Of a stretch of 55,670 bases of DNA, positions 1 through 10,386 are shown piece after piece. A program made the position numbers and the translations under genes. Where the stretch lies: assembly GCA_964389675.1 (NCBI GenBank), contig CAYMEV010000006.1:91217-146886 (forward strand). The letters are read 5' to 3'. The notes beneath the pieces were generated by a model. The model was not told the DNA's origin and did not search any database. It saw nothing but the letters and a program-made list of their open reading frames with translations. This stretch comes from an uncultured Candidatus Sumerlaeota bacterium (GTDB lineage Bacteria; CAYMEV01). How positions within the stretch are numbered: position 1 is the first letter of the stretch; every line of letters begins with the position of its first letter.

Positions 1-462
1 CCTGCATCAGGAAGGACCAGGCAGATAAGGGGACACATGCTCAGACAGGGCATGATGGGTTCAGATTTTTCCTATGAGGACATATCAGAGGATGTTTCAA
101 TAATTGATAATTACACATATTCGCTTATCGAGGAAACAAAATATGAAGAAAGAATGGTATATAAGATTGCCCTTGATGCAAAAGAGAATGTGGATGTTGC
201 CTACCAGAAAATGATAATCTGGGTTGATACCGAATGGTATGTCCCCTTAAAGGAAGAACTGTATGCAAGAAGTGGAATACTGCTTAAAGAATTCTTCCTG
301 TCGGATATTAAGCTCATCGATGAAAAGCCATATCCAATGTATATGAAAATGATAAACAAACTCAGTAATGACTCTTATACAGAGATAAAAATCAAGGACA
401 TACAAATAGGCATAAAGCTTGATGAGAGCATTTTCTCTCTTTCAAACCTTACAAAGCCATGA
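1..462 (+). CDS. Outer-membrane lipoprotein-sorting protein (LolA-like), 5'-truncated by the window edge
   Basis: The frame is open from base 1 (PASGRTRQIRGHMLRQGMMGSDFSYED). The GSDFSYED motif and the C-terminal 'ESIFSLSNL' are typical of LolA-like sorting proteins. Confidence 0.75.
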   Translation, partial: PASGRTRQIRGHMLRQGMMGSDFSYEDISEDVSIIDNYTYSLIEETKYEERMVYKIALDAKENVDVAYQKMIIWVDTEWYVPLKEELYARSGILLKEFFLSDIKLIDEKPYPMYMKMINKLSNDSYTEIKIKDIQIGIKLDESIFSLSNLTKP

Positions 463-1613
463 AAATAATTGCAGCGGTTTCATTAATTATTATTTTTGCC
501 ATTCCAGCAAAAGCTGTCAGTTTGCCAGATAATCTCATCTTCAGCGGCTATTTTGAAAATCAGCTTACATCCTGTTATGCTGGAGATACATTTAAGTCAA
601 TGGATTATAATAAACTCAGGCTCACACTGACCTATAAACCTTCAAGATCACTGTATTTCAGGGTAGACTATGCATTATGCACATACCACGGGCATAGAAA
701 AATTAATATATCAGACTATTTCCCTGAATATATAGATAGCTCTGTTATAGAATCCTATCCTGTCCAGGATATTGAACTGGATGAAACTTACGACCTTCAG
801 AATGCCTATTTTACATACTCTTTCGGGAGGTCATCCCTTACAATCGGCAAACAACAGCTCCAGTGGGGTACCGGGTACACATGGAACCCTACAGACATAC
901 TGCATGAAAAGATGGAGACCGAACCTACCTATACTGTTTCAGGAGTCGATGCAGTAAAATATGAAATACCCATTGGGATAAATGGTATTTTCAATCTGAT
1001 CACTGCCTATGCAAATGGTACAGAGGATCCCTCATTTGTAATAAGGGCCAGAAAAACATTCTTTAATTTTGATTTCTCTCTGGGGTTTCAGCATATAAAC
1101 AGCCTTGATTATGATATTGAGACCAATAGCTGTTTCAATATCCGGAATAATTATATATCCTTTGATTTTACCGGTGAGATAGGTAATATAGGAATCTGGA
1201 ACGAGACACTTATTGATCTGGAGGATTCTGAAAATAACAAATATCTTTTGGGCTCAGACCATACCTTCTTAAACGGCTTTTATATTATTGCAGAATACAT
1301 ATTTATAAAGAATGGCAGTGATGATATTACCCCTGATGATTATTTCCTCAGGTTTATTGGCAAAAAACAGCATATTAACAGAAATTACCTGATGATAGGC
1401 TGCAAATACTCCTTTACGGAACTTATCCAGATAATATACAGCGGTATAATCAACCTTGATGACAGCAGTTTCATATCCATTCCCTGGGTAAGCATCGACC
1501 TTCATCCAAATCTAAGCATTGATATTGCCCTAAACATATTCTCCGGCAGGGATAAAAGCGAGTACGGCCCTCTTCCGGACAGCGCATTTATCCGTGCATC
1601 CCTTTATTTTTAG
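459..1613 (+). CDS. Putative outer-membrane beta-barrel protein
   Basis: N-terminal signal peptide, 'IGKQQLQWGTGYTWNPTD' motif, terminal Phe (…ASLYF); ATGA overlap with the LolA-like gene. Confidence 0.65.
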   Translation: MKIIAAVSLIIIFAIPAKAVSLPDNLIFSGYFENQLTSCYAGDTFKSMDYNKLRLTLTYKPSRSLYFRVDYALCTYHGHRKINISDYFPEYIDSSVIESYPVQDIELDETYDLQNAYFTYSFGRSSLTIGKQQLQWGTGYTWNPTDILHEKMETEPTYTVSGVDAVKYEIPIGINGIFNLITAYANGTEDPSFVIRARKTFFNFDFSLGFQHINSLDYDIETNSCFNIRNNYISFDFTGEIGNIGIWNETLIDLEDSENNKYLLGSDHTFLNGFYIIAEYIFIKNGSDDITPDDYFLRFIGKKQHINRNYLMIGCKYSFTELIQIIYSGIINLDDSSFISIPWVSIDLHPNLSIDIALNIFSGRDKSEYGPLPDSAFIRASLYF

Positions 1614-1856
1614 TTATCTGGAAAAAGCAGGTATTGTTCAGCTTTATGCCACAAACAGATCATAAAAAGGCATTTATCATATTCATCCCCGATCAGGGTT
1701 GAAAATCGCATATATGGACAGGCCTTTTACCCTCATAAGCTTTTGACAGTGGCCTTTGTTTTTATGTTTACAGCTGCTGTATGACGGGCAGATAATAATT
1801 TATATTAAGGATCCCGGCAGAAGAACCGGATTATATCTGTCAATCCGTTGAGATAG

Positions 1857-1888
1857 GTGAAGCAAAAGGGTCTCCCCTTCTGCTTCAC
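1857..1888 (-). terminator. Hairpin just downstream of the C25 protease stop codon (probable terminator or stabilising stem)
   Basis: Minus strand reads GTGAAGCAGAAGGG-GAGA-CCCTTTTGCTTCAC: a 14-bp stem with one G.U pair and a GNRA loop. No clear U-tract. Confidence 0.5.
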
Positions 1889-1895
1889 TCATAAT

Positions 1896-4800
1896 TTATC
1901 TGGTATAAGGAAAAACATAGAATGGGATACCTTCATAAGTCCACTGGGGAAGCTGCATCACTGCATCCCTTTCCGTCTCGCTGACAGTATATAAATGGCC
2001 TCCGCGGACATGGTTGAAAAAACGGTAAACAGGTATTGTATTTTCAGCATGGTTTTCATGGACATAAAATTTAATACCCTCATAGTTCCACTGGGGAAGC
2101 TCCATTATAGCATCCCTCTCCGTCTCGCTTATGGTATAGATATGAATGCCTGTTCTTGTATTAAAGAAACGGTATGCTGCTGTACTGCCAGAGGCCTGGT
2201 TTTCATATACAGCAAATTTTATGCCCTCATATGTCCACTGCGGAAGGTTCTCAATTATATAATCCCTCTCAGTTTCACTGATCGTGTAGAGGTGCCCGCC
2301 TCGTGCAGTGTTGAAAAACCGGAATACAGGAACTGCTGGTTCGGGAATATCTTCAGTAAAGACAGCTGTTAAGGATACATTCCTCGCCGGCATGGTAAAA
2401 TTTGCAGAAGCTGAAGAAGGATCATCCAGAAGATCCACATCCGCTGTTGAACCTGTCCACTCCACAAAAGAGTAGCTCGAATGGCTGGCACCTATGGAAA
2501 CATTTGCACCGGCTGAGTAGTTTCCTGCACCTGTCAGCACAACCCCTATATCATCAGGGTCTGCATAAAGTGAGACAGTATATGATACCTCTTCAAAAAC
2601 AGCTGTCAGGGATACATTCCTTTCCGGCATGGTAAAGCTTGCAGCAGATGAATAGGGATCATTCAGAAGAGCCACATCCGCTGATGAGCCTGTCCACTCC
2701 ACAAAAGAGTAGCTTGAATGGCTTGCACCTATGGAAACATTTGAACCGGCTGCATAGTTCCCTGCACCTGTCAGCACAACCCCTATATCATCAGGGTCTG
2801 CATAAAGAGAAACTGAATATAGATCACCGTTCAAGTCTCCATCTATTAAGACATCATCAACACACCAGTAATATGCCCAGTTCCCTGTATAATGCCATTT
2901 GAACCTGACCAGTGGCTGGCCGGCGACCTCCGCTATTACCTGGCTGAAAGAGACAGGATTGGATGTAGTGGCTGTCCAGGACTGCACATCAGTCCAGTTT
3001 GCCCCGTTATCCGTGCTGTAGGCAAAGGTAGCGGTTGATGCTGATGAGTATTGCCTGAAATAGTGTGTAAAGGATATCTCAACATTTATATAATTGGTAA
3101 GGTCCAGGACAGGCGTAATAAGGTCCGTATCCTGGGAACCGTTATAGCCGTAGCCGTCACTGTCCAGATATGCATAATTTCCGGTGGTACCGCTAAGCCC
3201 ATCGTTTATGACACCGAACTGCCATACCTGCCCGTTGCCCTCATAGTCAATAATCTCCCAGCAGAGAGGAAGCTCTGTTGAATCATTGAAATCCTGAGAG
3301 TATGGAAGCGTATTTATGACATCGCAGAATGTGGCAGCATTAGTATTGCGCCCTGCAGAGTATTCAGAGAGCATATTGTAGGAAAATGCCCTGTAATAAT
3401 ATATCGTGCTTGACATCAGGCCGGTATGGCTGCAGGTTGTTGAACTTCCTTTATACAGCACTGTTCCGCCTCCGGGCACAGTATTACCCTCATTATAAGA
3501 TGTACCGTTTACAGGGGTTCCGAAAACTCCATCCAGGGACCATAGCAGCATTACATCATTATTTTCATCATTCTTCTGCCAGCTTAAATCTATCTGGGAG
3601 GTTGAAACGCCTTCAGCTGAAAAATTGGATGGAGGGCTTACATTTCCTTCAACCTCTTTATATGCAATCAATGATGGGTCGCCCATAAAGTTTAGGGCAA
3701 AATGAACCCACCGGAAGACCCCTTCTGAGTTAGCTGTACCGACCATATCTATCTTTGCTTGTGTAAATGCGCTTCCTATATAATGATCGAATGTATCCTG
3801 AAGTATATGCTTGAATATATGGTCATTATACTGGAAGGAAGAACCATGGTCATTCATAGTACCGATACCGAACCCGTATCGTGAAGCCCCTATATATACG
3901 ACAGAACCACCGTCAGGATTCCTGGCAAAGGCCTCCCCGAGGCATGGATCGGATGCCCCGCTGACCTCAGGGTCAAAAGCATTTGTAATACAGGCAATAG
4001 TAACTACTGTCCCGGGAATATTGGTAAGTGCAAGTGCATCACCTGAATCAAAGTCAGCTCCTGATTCCATCCCCCATATAGTAACATTGCCGTGGGTTGC
4101 CATATGAAAGAAATTCATGCTGTTATTAAGCATATCAGACAGTGTTGCAACTGTAACAGAGCCAACAGAGTCATAAAGGGTATATTTCTGATGATAATCC
4201 CAGTAGGGTGCAATATACTCATCATACATCTTCTCGCTTTTTGCTTCAGCATCCCCGTAGTTCCACAGCGTCACCCCGGATAGGAGCAGGCTTTCAAGAA
4301 AAGACGGATTATCAGAAGCTGCTATATAGGTCCCAACCTTGTTCATATAATCAGTGATCTGCTGGGCTGTCCTTACTGCCAGCCTCCCTATGAGTACATC
4401 AGGCGATATATCAGCATTATCTACGCTCATTTCTCCGATCTTTGTATCTCCGTCTGCATTCCAGTCGAACTGATTGTCAAAACAGCTGTAGAATATATCA
4501 CCCGGTATTGTATTATCTATATAATAACCATCTACATTACCATAAACATTCTGATCAGGAACGCTGTAGGATGAATCAGAACCTCCGTCGCCTATAAGGA
4601 AGGCATAGGTGATATTGCTGTTCTGAACATAATCGTAAATGCAGTTCTTTATCTTAAGCTGTGTAGTAGCACCTGTATATTCCGATTCAATCTCCGATAC
4701 TGTCTTTATTACGGATATTATGCCTGCTTCAGTCTGCCTGTAGCTTGCATAGCTCTGAGCAGCTGTTTTTAGTGTATCTGTGGTGATTATGAGCATATCA

Positions 4801-5465
4801 TAATCAGTGGCCCTGCGCACAGTATCATATTTTGAGGAATAGAAACACATGAAATCATCAGGATTAACTACAGAGCTTTTAATTATTTCATTAAATATTT
4901 TATTTGGTCTGTATTCAATGCTGCTGTCATCCTTTTTCAGTGCATATTCTATCTCGAATCCCGCATAATCATAGAAAGTAAGCTCGCCTGAAGCTGTATC
5001 ATATTCAAAGGGAACCCATGAGAAACTAAGGATATGAAATCCCCTGGTCTTACTTATTGAATGCATGATAATATTTTCTGACGGGAATACCAGACCGCTT
5101 GTGTATACCTCTTTATCAGGAGGATAGAACTCCGGAGCAGGCAGTGAAACAGGATGCTGGCCCTGATACGGGTAAGGAGCAACCCTGCCAAGGTTGGTTT
5201 TCTTTTGTTTGGTGATCCTGACATCTGTAATTATGCAATCAGCAGGGACAAGAACCCTTACAATATATGCTGGGATATCCGGCTCTCCAGGCTTTGCAAA
5301 GGAGTAAGCATCAGCATCCCTGTATCTGATTATATCATAATTATCACTGGATTCAATCGATACGCTGTCTGCATCAAGATCTACACTAAAACTTATTTCA
5401 TCACCCAGAATAATTCCTGAGAATGCCAATAAAACAATCAAAAAAAACAATTTTACTCTTAGCAT
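1896..5465 (-). CDS. Secreted C25 (gingipain-like) cysteine peptidase: propeptide, catalytic domain, Fn3-like domain, adhesin-like domain, 2 InlB-B-like repeats, C-terminal DUF5648-like repeats
   Basis: Start revised to ATG 5465 (AGGGGG RBS, signal peptide MLRVKLFFLIVLLAFSG). C25 motifs 'FLIGD', 'PDVLIGRL', 'ATHGN' (His) and 'IACITNAFD' (Cys). C-terminal triple 'RFFNT..G.HLYT.SETERD...LPQW.YEGI' repeats. Confidence 0.85.
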   Translation of the reverse strand: MLRVKLFFLIVLLAFSGIILGDEISFSVDLDADSVSIESSDNYDIIRYRDADAYSFAKPGEPDIPAYIVRVLVPADCIITDVRITKQKKTNLGRVAPYPYQGQHPVSLPAPEFYPPDKEVYTSGLVFPSENIIMHSISKTRGFHILSFSWVPFEYDTASGELTFYDYAGFEIEYALKKDDSSIEYRPNKIFNEIIKSSVVNPDDFMCFYSSKYDTVRRATDYDMLIITTDTLKTAAQSYASYRQTEAGIISVIKTVSEIESEYTGATTQLKIKNCIYDYVQNSNITYAFLIGDGGSDSSYSVPDQNVYGNVDGYYIDNTIPGDIFYSCFDNQFDWNADGDTKIGEMSVDNADISPDVLIGRLAVRTAQQITDYMNKVGTYIAASDNPSFLESLLLSGVTLWNYGDAEAKSEKMYDEYIAPYWDYHQKYTLYDSVGSVTVATLSDMLNNSMNFFHMATHGNVTIWGMESGADFDSGDALALTNIPGTVVTIACITNAFDPEVSGASDPCLGEAFARNPDGGSVVYIGASRYGFGIGTMNDHGSSFQYNDHIFKHILQDTFDHYIGSAFTQAKIDMVGTANSEGVFRWVHFALNFMGDPSLIAYKEVEGNVSPPSNFSAEGVSTSQIDLSWQKNDENNDVMLLWSLDGVFGTPVNGTSYNEGNTVPGGGTVLYKGSSTTCSHTGLMSSTIYYYRAFSYNMLSEYSAGRNTNAATFCDVINTLPYSQDFNDSTELPLCWEIIDYEGNGQVWQFGVINDGLSGTTGNYAYLDSDGYGYNGSQDTDLITPVLDLTNYINVEISFTHYFRQYSSASTATFAYSTDNGANWTDVQSWTATTSNPVSFSQVIAEVAGQPLVRFKWHYTGNWAYYWCVDDVLIDGDLNGDLYSVSLYADPDDIGVVLTGAGNYAAGSNVSIGASHSSYSFVEWTGSSADVALLNDPYSSAASFTMPERNVSLTAVFEEVSYTVSLYADPDDIGVVLTGAGNYSAGANVSIGASHSSYSFVEWTGSTADVDLLDDPSSASANFTMPARNVSLTAVFTEDIPEPAVPVFRFFNTARGGHLYTISETERDYIIENLPQWTYEGIKFAVYENQASGSTAAYRFFNTRTGIHIYTISETERDAIMELPQWNYEGIKFYVHENHAENTIPVYRFFNHVRGGHLYTVSETERDAVMQLPQWTYEGIPFYVFPYTR
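2351..2820 (-). repeat. Intragenic tandem duplication, 2 x 237 bp (79 aa, InlB-B-like repeat)
   Basis: YSVSLYADPDDIGVVLTGAGNY...SHSSYSFVEWTGS...FTMP.RNVSLTAVF occurs twice, with long identical DNA stretches 237 bp apart (e.g. cctgtccactccacaaaagagtagct). Confidence 0.9.
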
Positions 5466-5720
5466 AAAATAACCCCCTAAAAAATAGCTTTCTTTATATA
5501 ATATTACACCATCAGCTGAATAAAACAACAAATATTAAAACCATCACTGCCTTTATCAGCCCTGCAGGGAAATGGCATCTTTCAGAAAACAGGGTACCAG
5601 GAATAACAGCGTTAACTCCATCAAATATTTCCCTTTACCCAAAAATTGTATTTAATGCTTCCATGTATCCTGGCCAGTGCTGAAGATATATCAATTTTAT
5701 CATATTATGCGCCAAACAGA

Positions 5721-6350
5721 TTATCTTCTGACCTCATCCAGTAATTGTTTTACAGCCATTTCAACATTGTCAGCAAGGCTGATTGCTGAGATCACAGCTA
5801 CTCCGGAAGCTCCGGCTTTTATGCAGTCATATGCATTTGACCTGTTTATTCCTCCTATTGCAATTACAGGCATAGCACTCTTTTTGCAGAATTTCTCCAG
5901 GCCTTCAATACCGACATTTTTCTCCCTTGTGTCTGTCTTTGACGCAGTTGAAAATATTGCACCATAACCCGAATAATCAGCACCATCAGAATATGCCCTT
6001 TCAAGTTCTCCAGTATTATCCGTTGTTATGCCTATAATCCTGTCTGGGCCAAGGATCCTCCTCGCTTCCCTGCACGGGATATCACTCTGTCCAAGATGGA
6101 CTCCATCTGCATATACAGCAAGGGCTATGTCAATCCTGTCATTTACTACAAATGGAATCCCAAATATATCGGATAGCCTTTTAAGCTTCAGGGCAAGGGT
6201 ATAAAGATCATGCCCGCCAAGTTTCTTTGCTCTGAGCTGCAGCATATTTACCCCTGTTTTGAGTGCTGTTTCAGTAATTTCGATAATATCCCGGTTATTT
6301 GTAATCTCAGGATCCGCAATAAAATATAGCCTGTAATCCGGATTTTTCAT
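5721..6350 (-). CDS. thiE: Thiamine-phosphate synthase
   Basis: Motifs QLRAK, VNDRIDIA, DGVHLGQSD, STASK, IAIGGI, GVAVISAI. Confidence 0.95.
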   Translation of the reverse strand: MKNPDYRLYFIADPEITNNRDIIEITETALKTGVNMLQLRAKKLGGHDLYTLALKLKRLSDIFGIPFVVNDRIDIALAVYADGVHLGQSDIPCREARRILGPDRIIGITTDNTGELERAYSDGADYSGYGAIFSTASKTDTREKNVGIEGLEKFCKKSAMPVIAIGGINRSNAYDCIKAGASGVAVISAISLADNVEMAVKQLLDEVRR

Positions 6351-7156
6351 ATCTCAAGCTTTTCAATCCTGATATTCCTGACAATATCATCGGGGCTGAG
6401 ATTATAAGCTGTATCCATGAATCTCATCCTGAATTCTGCCGGCCCTTTTACCCCTGACCTTTCAGCCATCTCTCCTGCCATACTGTATATACCCAGGCCG
6501 CAGGCTGTTGCAAGTGCATAATCCTTTTCAACAGCCAGGAATGCTGCAATTATAGATCCAGCCATACATCCGCTGCCTGTGATCCTGGGAAGGTATTCTG
6601 AATCATTTTTAATTATATATATTTCCTTTCCATTACTGACATAATCATTTTTCCCTGTAACAGCTGTTATGGTTTTATACCTGCTGAATGACTCTTTTAC
6701 CACATCCGCCGGTTCTCCTCCCCCTAATGAATCAACACCCGATACAATACCTCCAAGGCCTGTAAGGCTGGATATTTCACCCAGATTTCCTTTTAATACA
6801 GATATCTTATGCCTGCTAAGCATATTTTTCGAAACCTCTGTCCTGTAAAGAGTAGCTCCGGCACCTACTGGATCAAGAAGAACAGGTACTCCTTTTTTGT
6901 TTGCATGCTCAGCTGCAATATTCATCGAGTCAACCCATTCAGTTCCAAGCGTGCCTATGTTTATGACCAATGCACCTGAAATACTGGTCAGGTCATCCAG
7001 TTCATTGCATGAATGTGCCATTATTGGCGAGGCACCTATTGCAAGGGTAAAATTTGCTGTATCATTCATTACTACAAAATTTGTTATATGATGGACAAGA
7101 GGCCTTTTTCCCCTCATCCTTTCAAAGATTTCAGCAGAGATATTTTCTAATTTCAT
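6347..7156 (-). CDS. thiM: Hydroxyethylthiazole kinase
   Basis: Motifs PLVHHITNFV, GASPIMA, LDPVGAGAT, KGNLGEI, TGSGCM; overlaps the thiE start. Confidence 0.95.
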   Translation of the reverse strand: MKLENISAEIFERMRGKRPLVHHITNFVVMNDTANFTLAIGASPIMAHSCNELDDLTSISGALVINIGTLGTEWVDSMNIAAEHANKKGVPVLLDPVGAGATLYRTEVSKNMLSRHKISVLKGNLGEISSLTGLGGIVSGVDSLGGGEPADVVKESFSRYKTITAVTGKNDYVSNGKEIYIIKNDSEYLPRITGSGCMAGSIIAAFLAVEKDYALATACGLGIYSMAGEMAERSGVKGPAEFRMRFMDTAYNLSPDDIVRNIRIEKLEI

Positions 7157-7367
7157 TGGACCCTCCTTCTCATAATACTAAATTTTTTTTTAATTCCATG
7201 CCAGATTAAATAGTTTTGCCTGGTTTTGGTATGCAATAAATAATTAATTCATTTCCCTGATATAATAAAAAAATTTATCACAATTAAAATAAAAAAATTG
7301 AATATCCCAGGATTATGATCTTCAGGCAATATGCTTAGAACTATATCTAAAACACCCTGCCTGAAGC

Positions 7368-7829
7368 CTATTCCTCGTCCGACTTCTCAACTGGTATATA
7401 GATATAAACCTTCTGGCCATCGCAGAAATGCTCTGGATAATATTCAAATGATGGCCCGGAAACAATCTTAAACTCATTTTGTTTCCTGAATTCCTCGTAG
7501 ATATTATTGTAGCACGAAAGCATTTCTGGCAGAGTCGTCTTGAAAACTGCATAACTCTGTTCAGGAATATTTTTTAAGGACATTTTCTCAGGGATTTCCG
7601 AAACACAGCTTACTTCTCTTCCTGCAATATATTCGAACTCCCCTGTTTCACAATTATAATTATCGCACACACCATAATAGATTCCATGATCTGCAGTATT
7701 CTTAAGGCTGTTAATATCCTTAAAGAACTGTTCGTTCCACAGCTTTGTTATTTCCTGGTTCTCATTTTTCCCCCTGTAAAGCACACCTGCAACAGTAAAG
7801 GCTCTCCTTCTTTTAATTTCAAAATTCAT
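7368..7829 (-). CDS. Stand-alone GyrI-like / AraC effector-binding domain protein
   Basis: Start revised to ATG 7829 (GGAGG upstream). Pattern 'ITKLW..F...YGVC....FEYIAG...YAVF...GPSFEYY...IYIPV'. Confidence 0.85.
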   Translation of the reverse strand: MNFEIKRRRAFTVAGVLYRGKNENQEITKLWNEQFFKDINSLKNTADHGIYYGVCDNYNCETGEFEYIAGREVSCVSEIPEKMSLKNIPEQSYAVFKTTLPEMLSCYNNIYEEFRKQNEFKIVSGPSFEYYPEHFCDGQKVYIYIPVEKSDEE

Positions 7830-8062
7830 TCCTTCCCTCCTTTTAAGCATCTTTTACTATGAATTATAGTAAAATAAATAATCCTAAAAAATAAAATTTA
7901 TATATTTATATTCCGGTATGTATTAATGTTCCTGGTCATCTGTTATTTTTCATAAAGACCTGAAAAACTGGAGGATTTAATTTAACTGCTCATTTGTATT
8001 TTGCTGTAAAACGGCATTAACCTGACAATAGCCTTTTTATTGTTATCCAGTTATTCATCTAT

Positions 8063-9283
8063 TCAGGAACCAGGGAAAAAAATATCTTTTTGCAGCTTTT
8101 CAAGAGCAGGCCTGGCAAAAAGAAAACCCTGAAAATATTCTATGCCCTGGTTTTTTAACCAGGCATATTCTTCAGGTGTTTCAACCCCCTCAGCTATAAT
8201 ATCGATCCCGAGTCCTGTGCATGTTCTGATAATACCATGTATGATTGCCTGCCTTGGCCCGCTTTTTTCAATATTCCTTATCAGCATTATATCAAGCTTT
8301 ACAAAATCAGGCTGATATTCTGCAAGAAGGTTCAGCCCTGCATACCCGGCACCAAAATCATCGAGTGCAAAAGCCATCCCGGATCGGCGATAGTCAATAA
8401 TATTTTCCCTGAACTGCTCATAATCCTTGATTATTTCGCTTTCCAGTATCTCGAGGATAATATCTGAAGGCTTGATAATGTTTTGTTCTGCAGCTTTCAG
8501 TATGGATGTAATGGCAGTGGGTGAACTATTAATGTTTGAAGGGGGAAAATTTATGTTGAGCCTGGTCCTGATACCCAGCCTCCTTGCCATGGAAACAGCA
8601 TCAATGCGGCATTGCTCATGGAATTCAACCCTTTTTTCAGCAGGTACCTTTTCCAGTACAGATCCTGCAGGCTGATTCTCCCTGCCTCTGAGTAATGCCT
8701 CATAGCTGTAGATAGTATTTGAAGGAGTATGCACTATCGGCTGAAAGGCAAAAGAATAGAAATTATCACTAAGAACAGCCCGGGATTTTGAGATCTCCTG
8801 GGCAGGGACAGCAGGAGAAGGGCCTGTTATAGATGAACGCCAGTAGCCGTCCATGAAGGCTGAGAGTATTTTGCGGGCTCGTCCTGGGCTGATATTTATA
8901 AATGTTTCCCTGCGGGCAAAATAATCATTTATACCGACTATTTGATCCAGCTGTTCAGGTGAGACATCGGCATATCCCATGGTCCAGTCACCGAAGGAGC
9001 GTTCTGCGATGGGTTCCCGTATTATCAGGGTTATGCTGTCATGGCGTTTATCATTTGAAATTTCCCTAAAAAGCCTGTCAACTTTTGATGCATCACCCTC
9101 AAGGACCTGCAGGAAGCTACCTTCTACATAAAGAAGAATACCTGTTATATTATTTTCTGAATTATGCTTTCTTGCATTTTTAAGAAGGATGCCAAGATCT
9201 TCACTGTCCATGGGCCTTATTGCTGCAGAGCAGTATATTAAATGAATAAGACTGTGTTCTTTCGGAATATCCGGCTTTTCCAA
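8063..9283 (-). CDS. BLUF-EAL blue-light-regulated c-di-GMP phosphodiesterase (BlrP1/BluF-like)
   Basis: BLUF residues: LIYCS (Tyr), HN..NNITGIL, FLQVLEG (Gln), RH, WTM. EAL motifs: FQPIV, YEALLR, LDDFGAGY, VKLD, AEGVET, QGFLFARP. Confidence 0.92.
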   Translation of the reverse strand: MEKPDIPKEHSLIHLIYCSAAIRPMDSEDLGILLKNARKHNSENNITGILLYVEGSFLQVLEGDASKVDRLFREISNDKRHDSITLIIREPIAERSFGDWTMGYADVSPEQLDQIVGINDYFARRETFINISPGRARKILSAFMDGYWRSSITGPSPAVPAQEISKSRAVLSDNFYSFAFQPIVHTPSNTIYSYEALLRGRENQPAGSVLEKVPAEKRVEFHEQCRIDAVSMARRLGIRTRLNINFPPSNINSSPTAITSILKAAEQNIIKPSDIILEILESEIIKDYEQFRENIIDYRRSGMAFALDDFGAGYAGLNLLAEYQPDFVKLDIMLIRNIEKSGPRQAIIHGIIRTCTGLGIDIIAEGVETPEEYAWLKNQGIEYFQGFLFARPALEKLQKDIFFPGS

Positions 9284-9427
9284 TGTTTCTAACCATCCCT
9301 GCCAATATTTATATAAAGAATAATAGCATTATAATCATATAAATCAATATTGCAGTTATATTTTTTATTGTCTGTACATGCAAGCAGGAAGCAGGAACAA
9401 TAAAATTCAATTTCATGCTCAATAATA

Positions 9428-10324
9428 CTAAAGGAACATGAACACAACCCCCATTACAGCAATAAAGGTTCCTGTTATTTCAGGCATATTGACCTTTTCA
9501 TTAAAAAGGATCACAGCAGGCGGTATGATGAGGATTGGAACCACCGAATTCAATGTAGCAGTTACTCCGGCTGTAGTATAATGAAGTGCCAGGAGCCCTA
9601 ATGATACTCCCAGAAAAGGCCCGAAAAAGGCGCCGGTGGAGATCCGAAGCATTGCTGTGGCCTGTTTAACAGCATACTTTACCCGATGCCAGCGTTTGCC
9701 TGTACTCAAAATAATTATAAAGCTGAAAATCCCTGCAATTATTCTGACCTGGGTACTTGCAAAGGCATCAAATGTGCGCATGCCAAGCTTGCTGAAGATG
9801 AGCCCCGTTGACTGTCCGAGAACACCTCCAAATGCAAACAGGCATCCTTTAAGAAGGCTTGATTTTTTTATATCCCCGTCACTGCTTTTTTTGCGGAATA
9901 ATATCACCATGACCACACCTGATATGGTAAAAAACATTCCGATCCACTGAGAGAGCGCAAGCATCTCTCCTAAGGCAAAAATCCCAATTACTGTGGTCAC
10001 AAGAGGGACAAGGCTCATTATCAGCATTGACAGCCTTGCGCCTATCTCAATAAAAGCCTGAAACAAAAACAGGTCACCAAGAGCAAACCCTATAACACCG
10101 CTTATACCAAGATATACCCATGCTTTGCTGTCAAGGCCTGAAGGAATAAAAGCCATTCCTCTTAATAAATTAAGAAAACCTATAAAGAAGAAGGCCATAA
10201 CAAGCCTTATAAAGTTTACGCTCAGGGAACCTACCCTTTTCCCTGCTGACTCAAAGGAGAGAGCTGTTATAGACCAGCAGAAGGCGGTGGATAATGCAAG
10301 TATTTCTCCTGTGTACTGGCTCAA
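9428..10324 (-). CDS. DMT/EamA family transporter
   Basis: About 10 hydrophobic segments in two repeats; motifs GVIGFALGDLF, LGE and FNEKV. Confidence 0.88.
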   Translation of the reverse strand: MSQYTGEILALSTAFCWSITALSFESAGKRVGSLSVNFIRLVMAFFFIGFLNLLRGMAFIPSGLDSKAWVYLGISGVIGFALGDLFLFQAFIEIGARLSMLIMSLVPLVTTVIGIFALGEMLALSQWIGMFFTISGVVMVILFRKKSSDGDIKKSSLLKGCLFAFGGVLGQSTGLIFSKLGMRTFDAFASTQVRIIAGIFSFIIILSTGKRWHRVKYAVKQATAMLRISTGAFFGPFLGVSLGLLALHYTTAGVTATLNSVVPILIIPPAVILFNEKVNMPEITGTFIAVMGVVFMFL

Positions 10325-10386
10325 GTATAATTTCCCTTATTGAATTTCATATTTGTACGTTAATTTATACTGCAGGGTTTCCTGTT

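Noticed and set aside
2402-2902. Two similar + strand ORFs (77 and 87 aa) that look like paralogous peptides
   Set aside because: They are antisense translations of the 237-bp duplication within the C25 protease.
5540-5640. GATGGAGTT on the minus strand upstream of the protease, resembling a fluoride riboswitch start
   Set aside because: The complementary stem and pseudoknot partner are absent, and the downstream gene is unrelated to fluoride.
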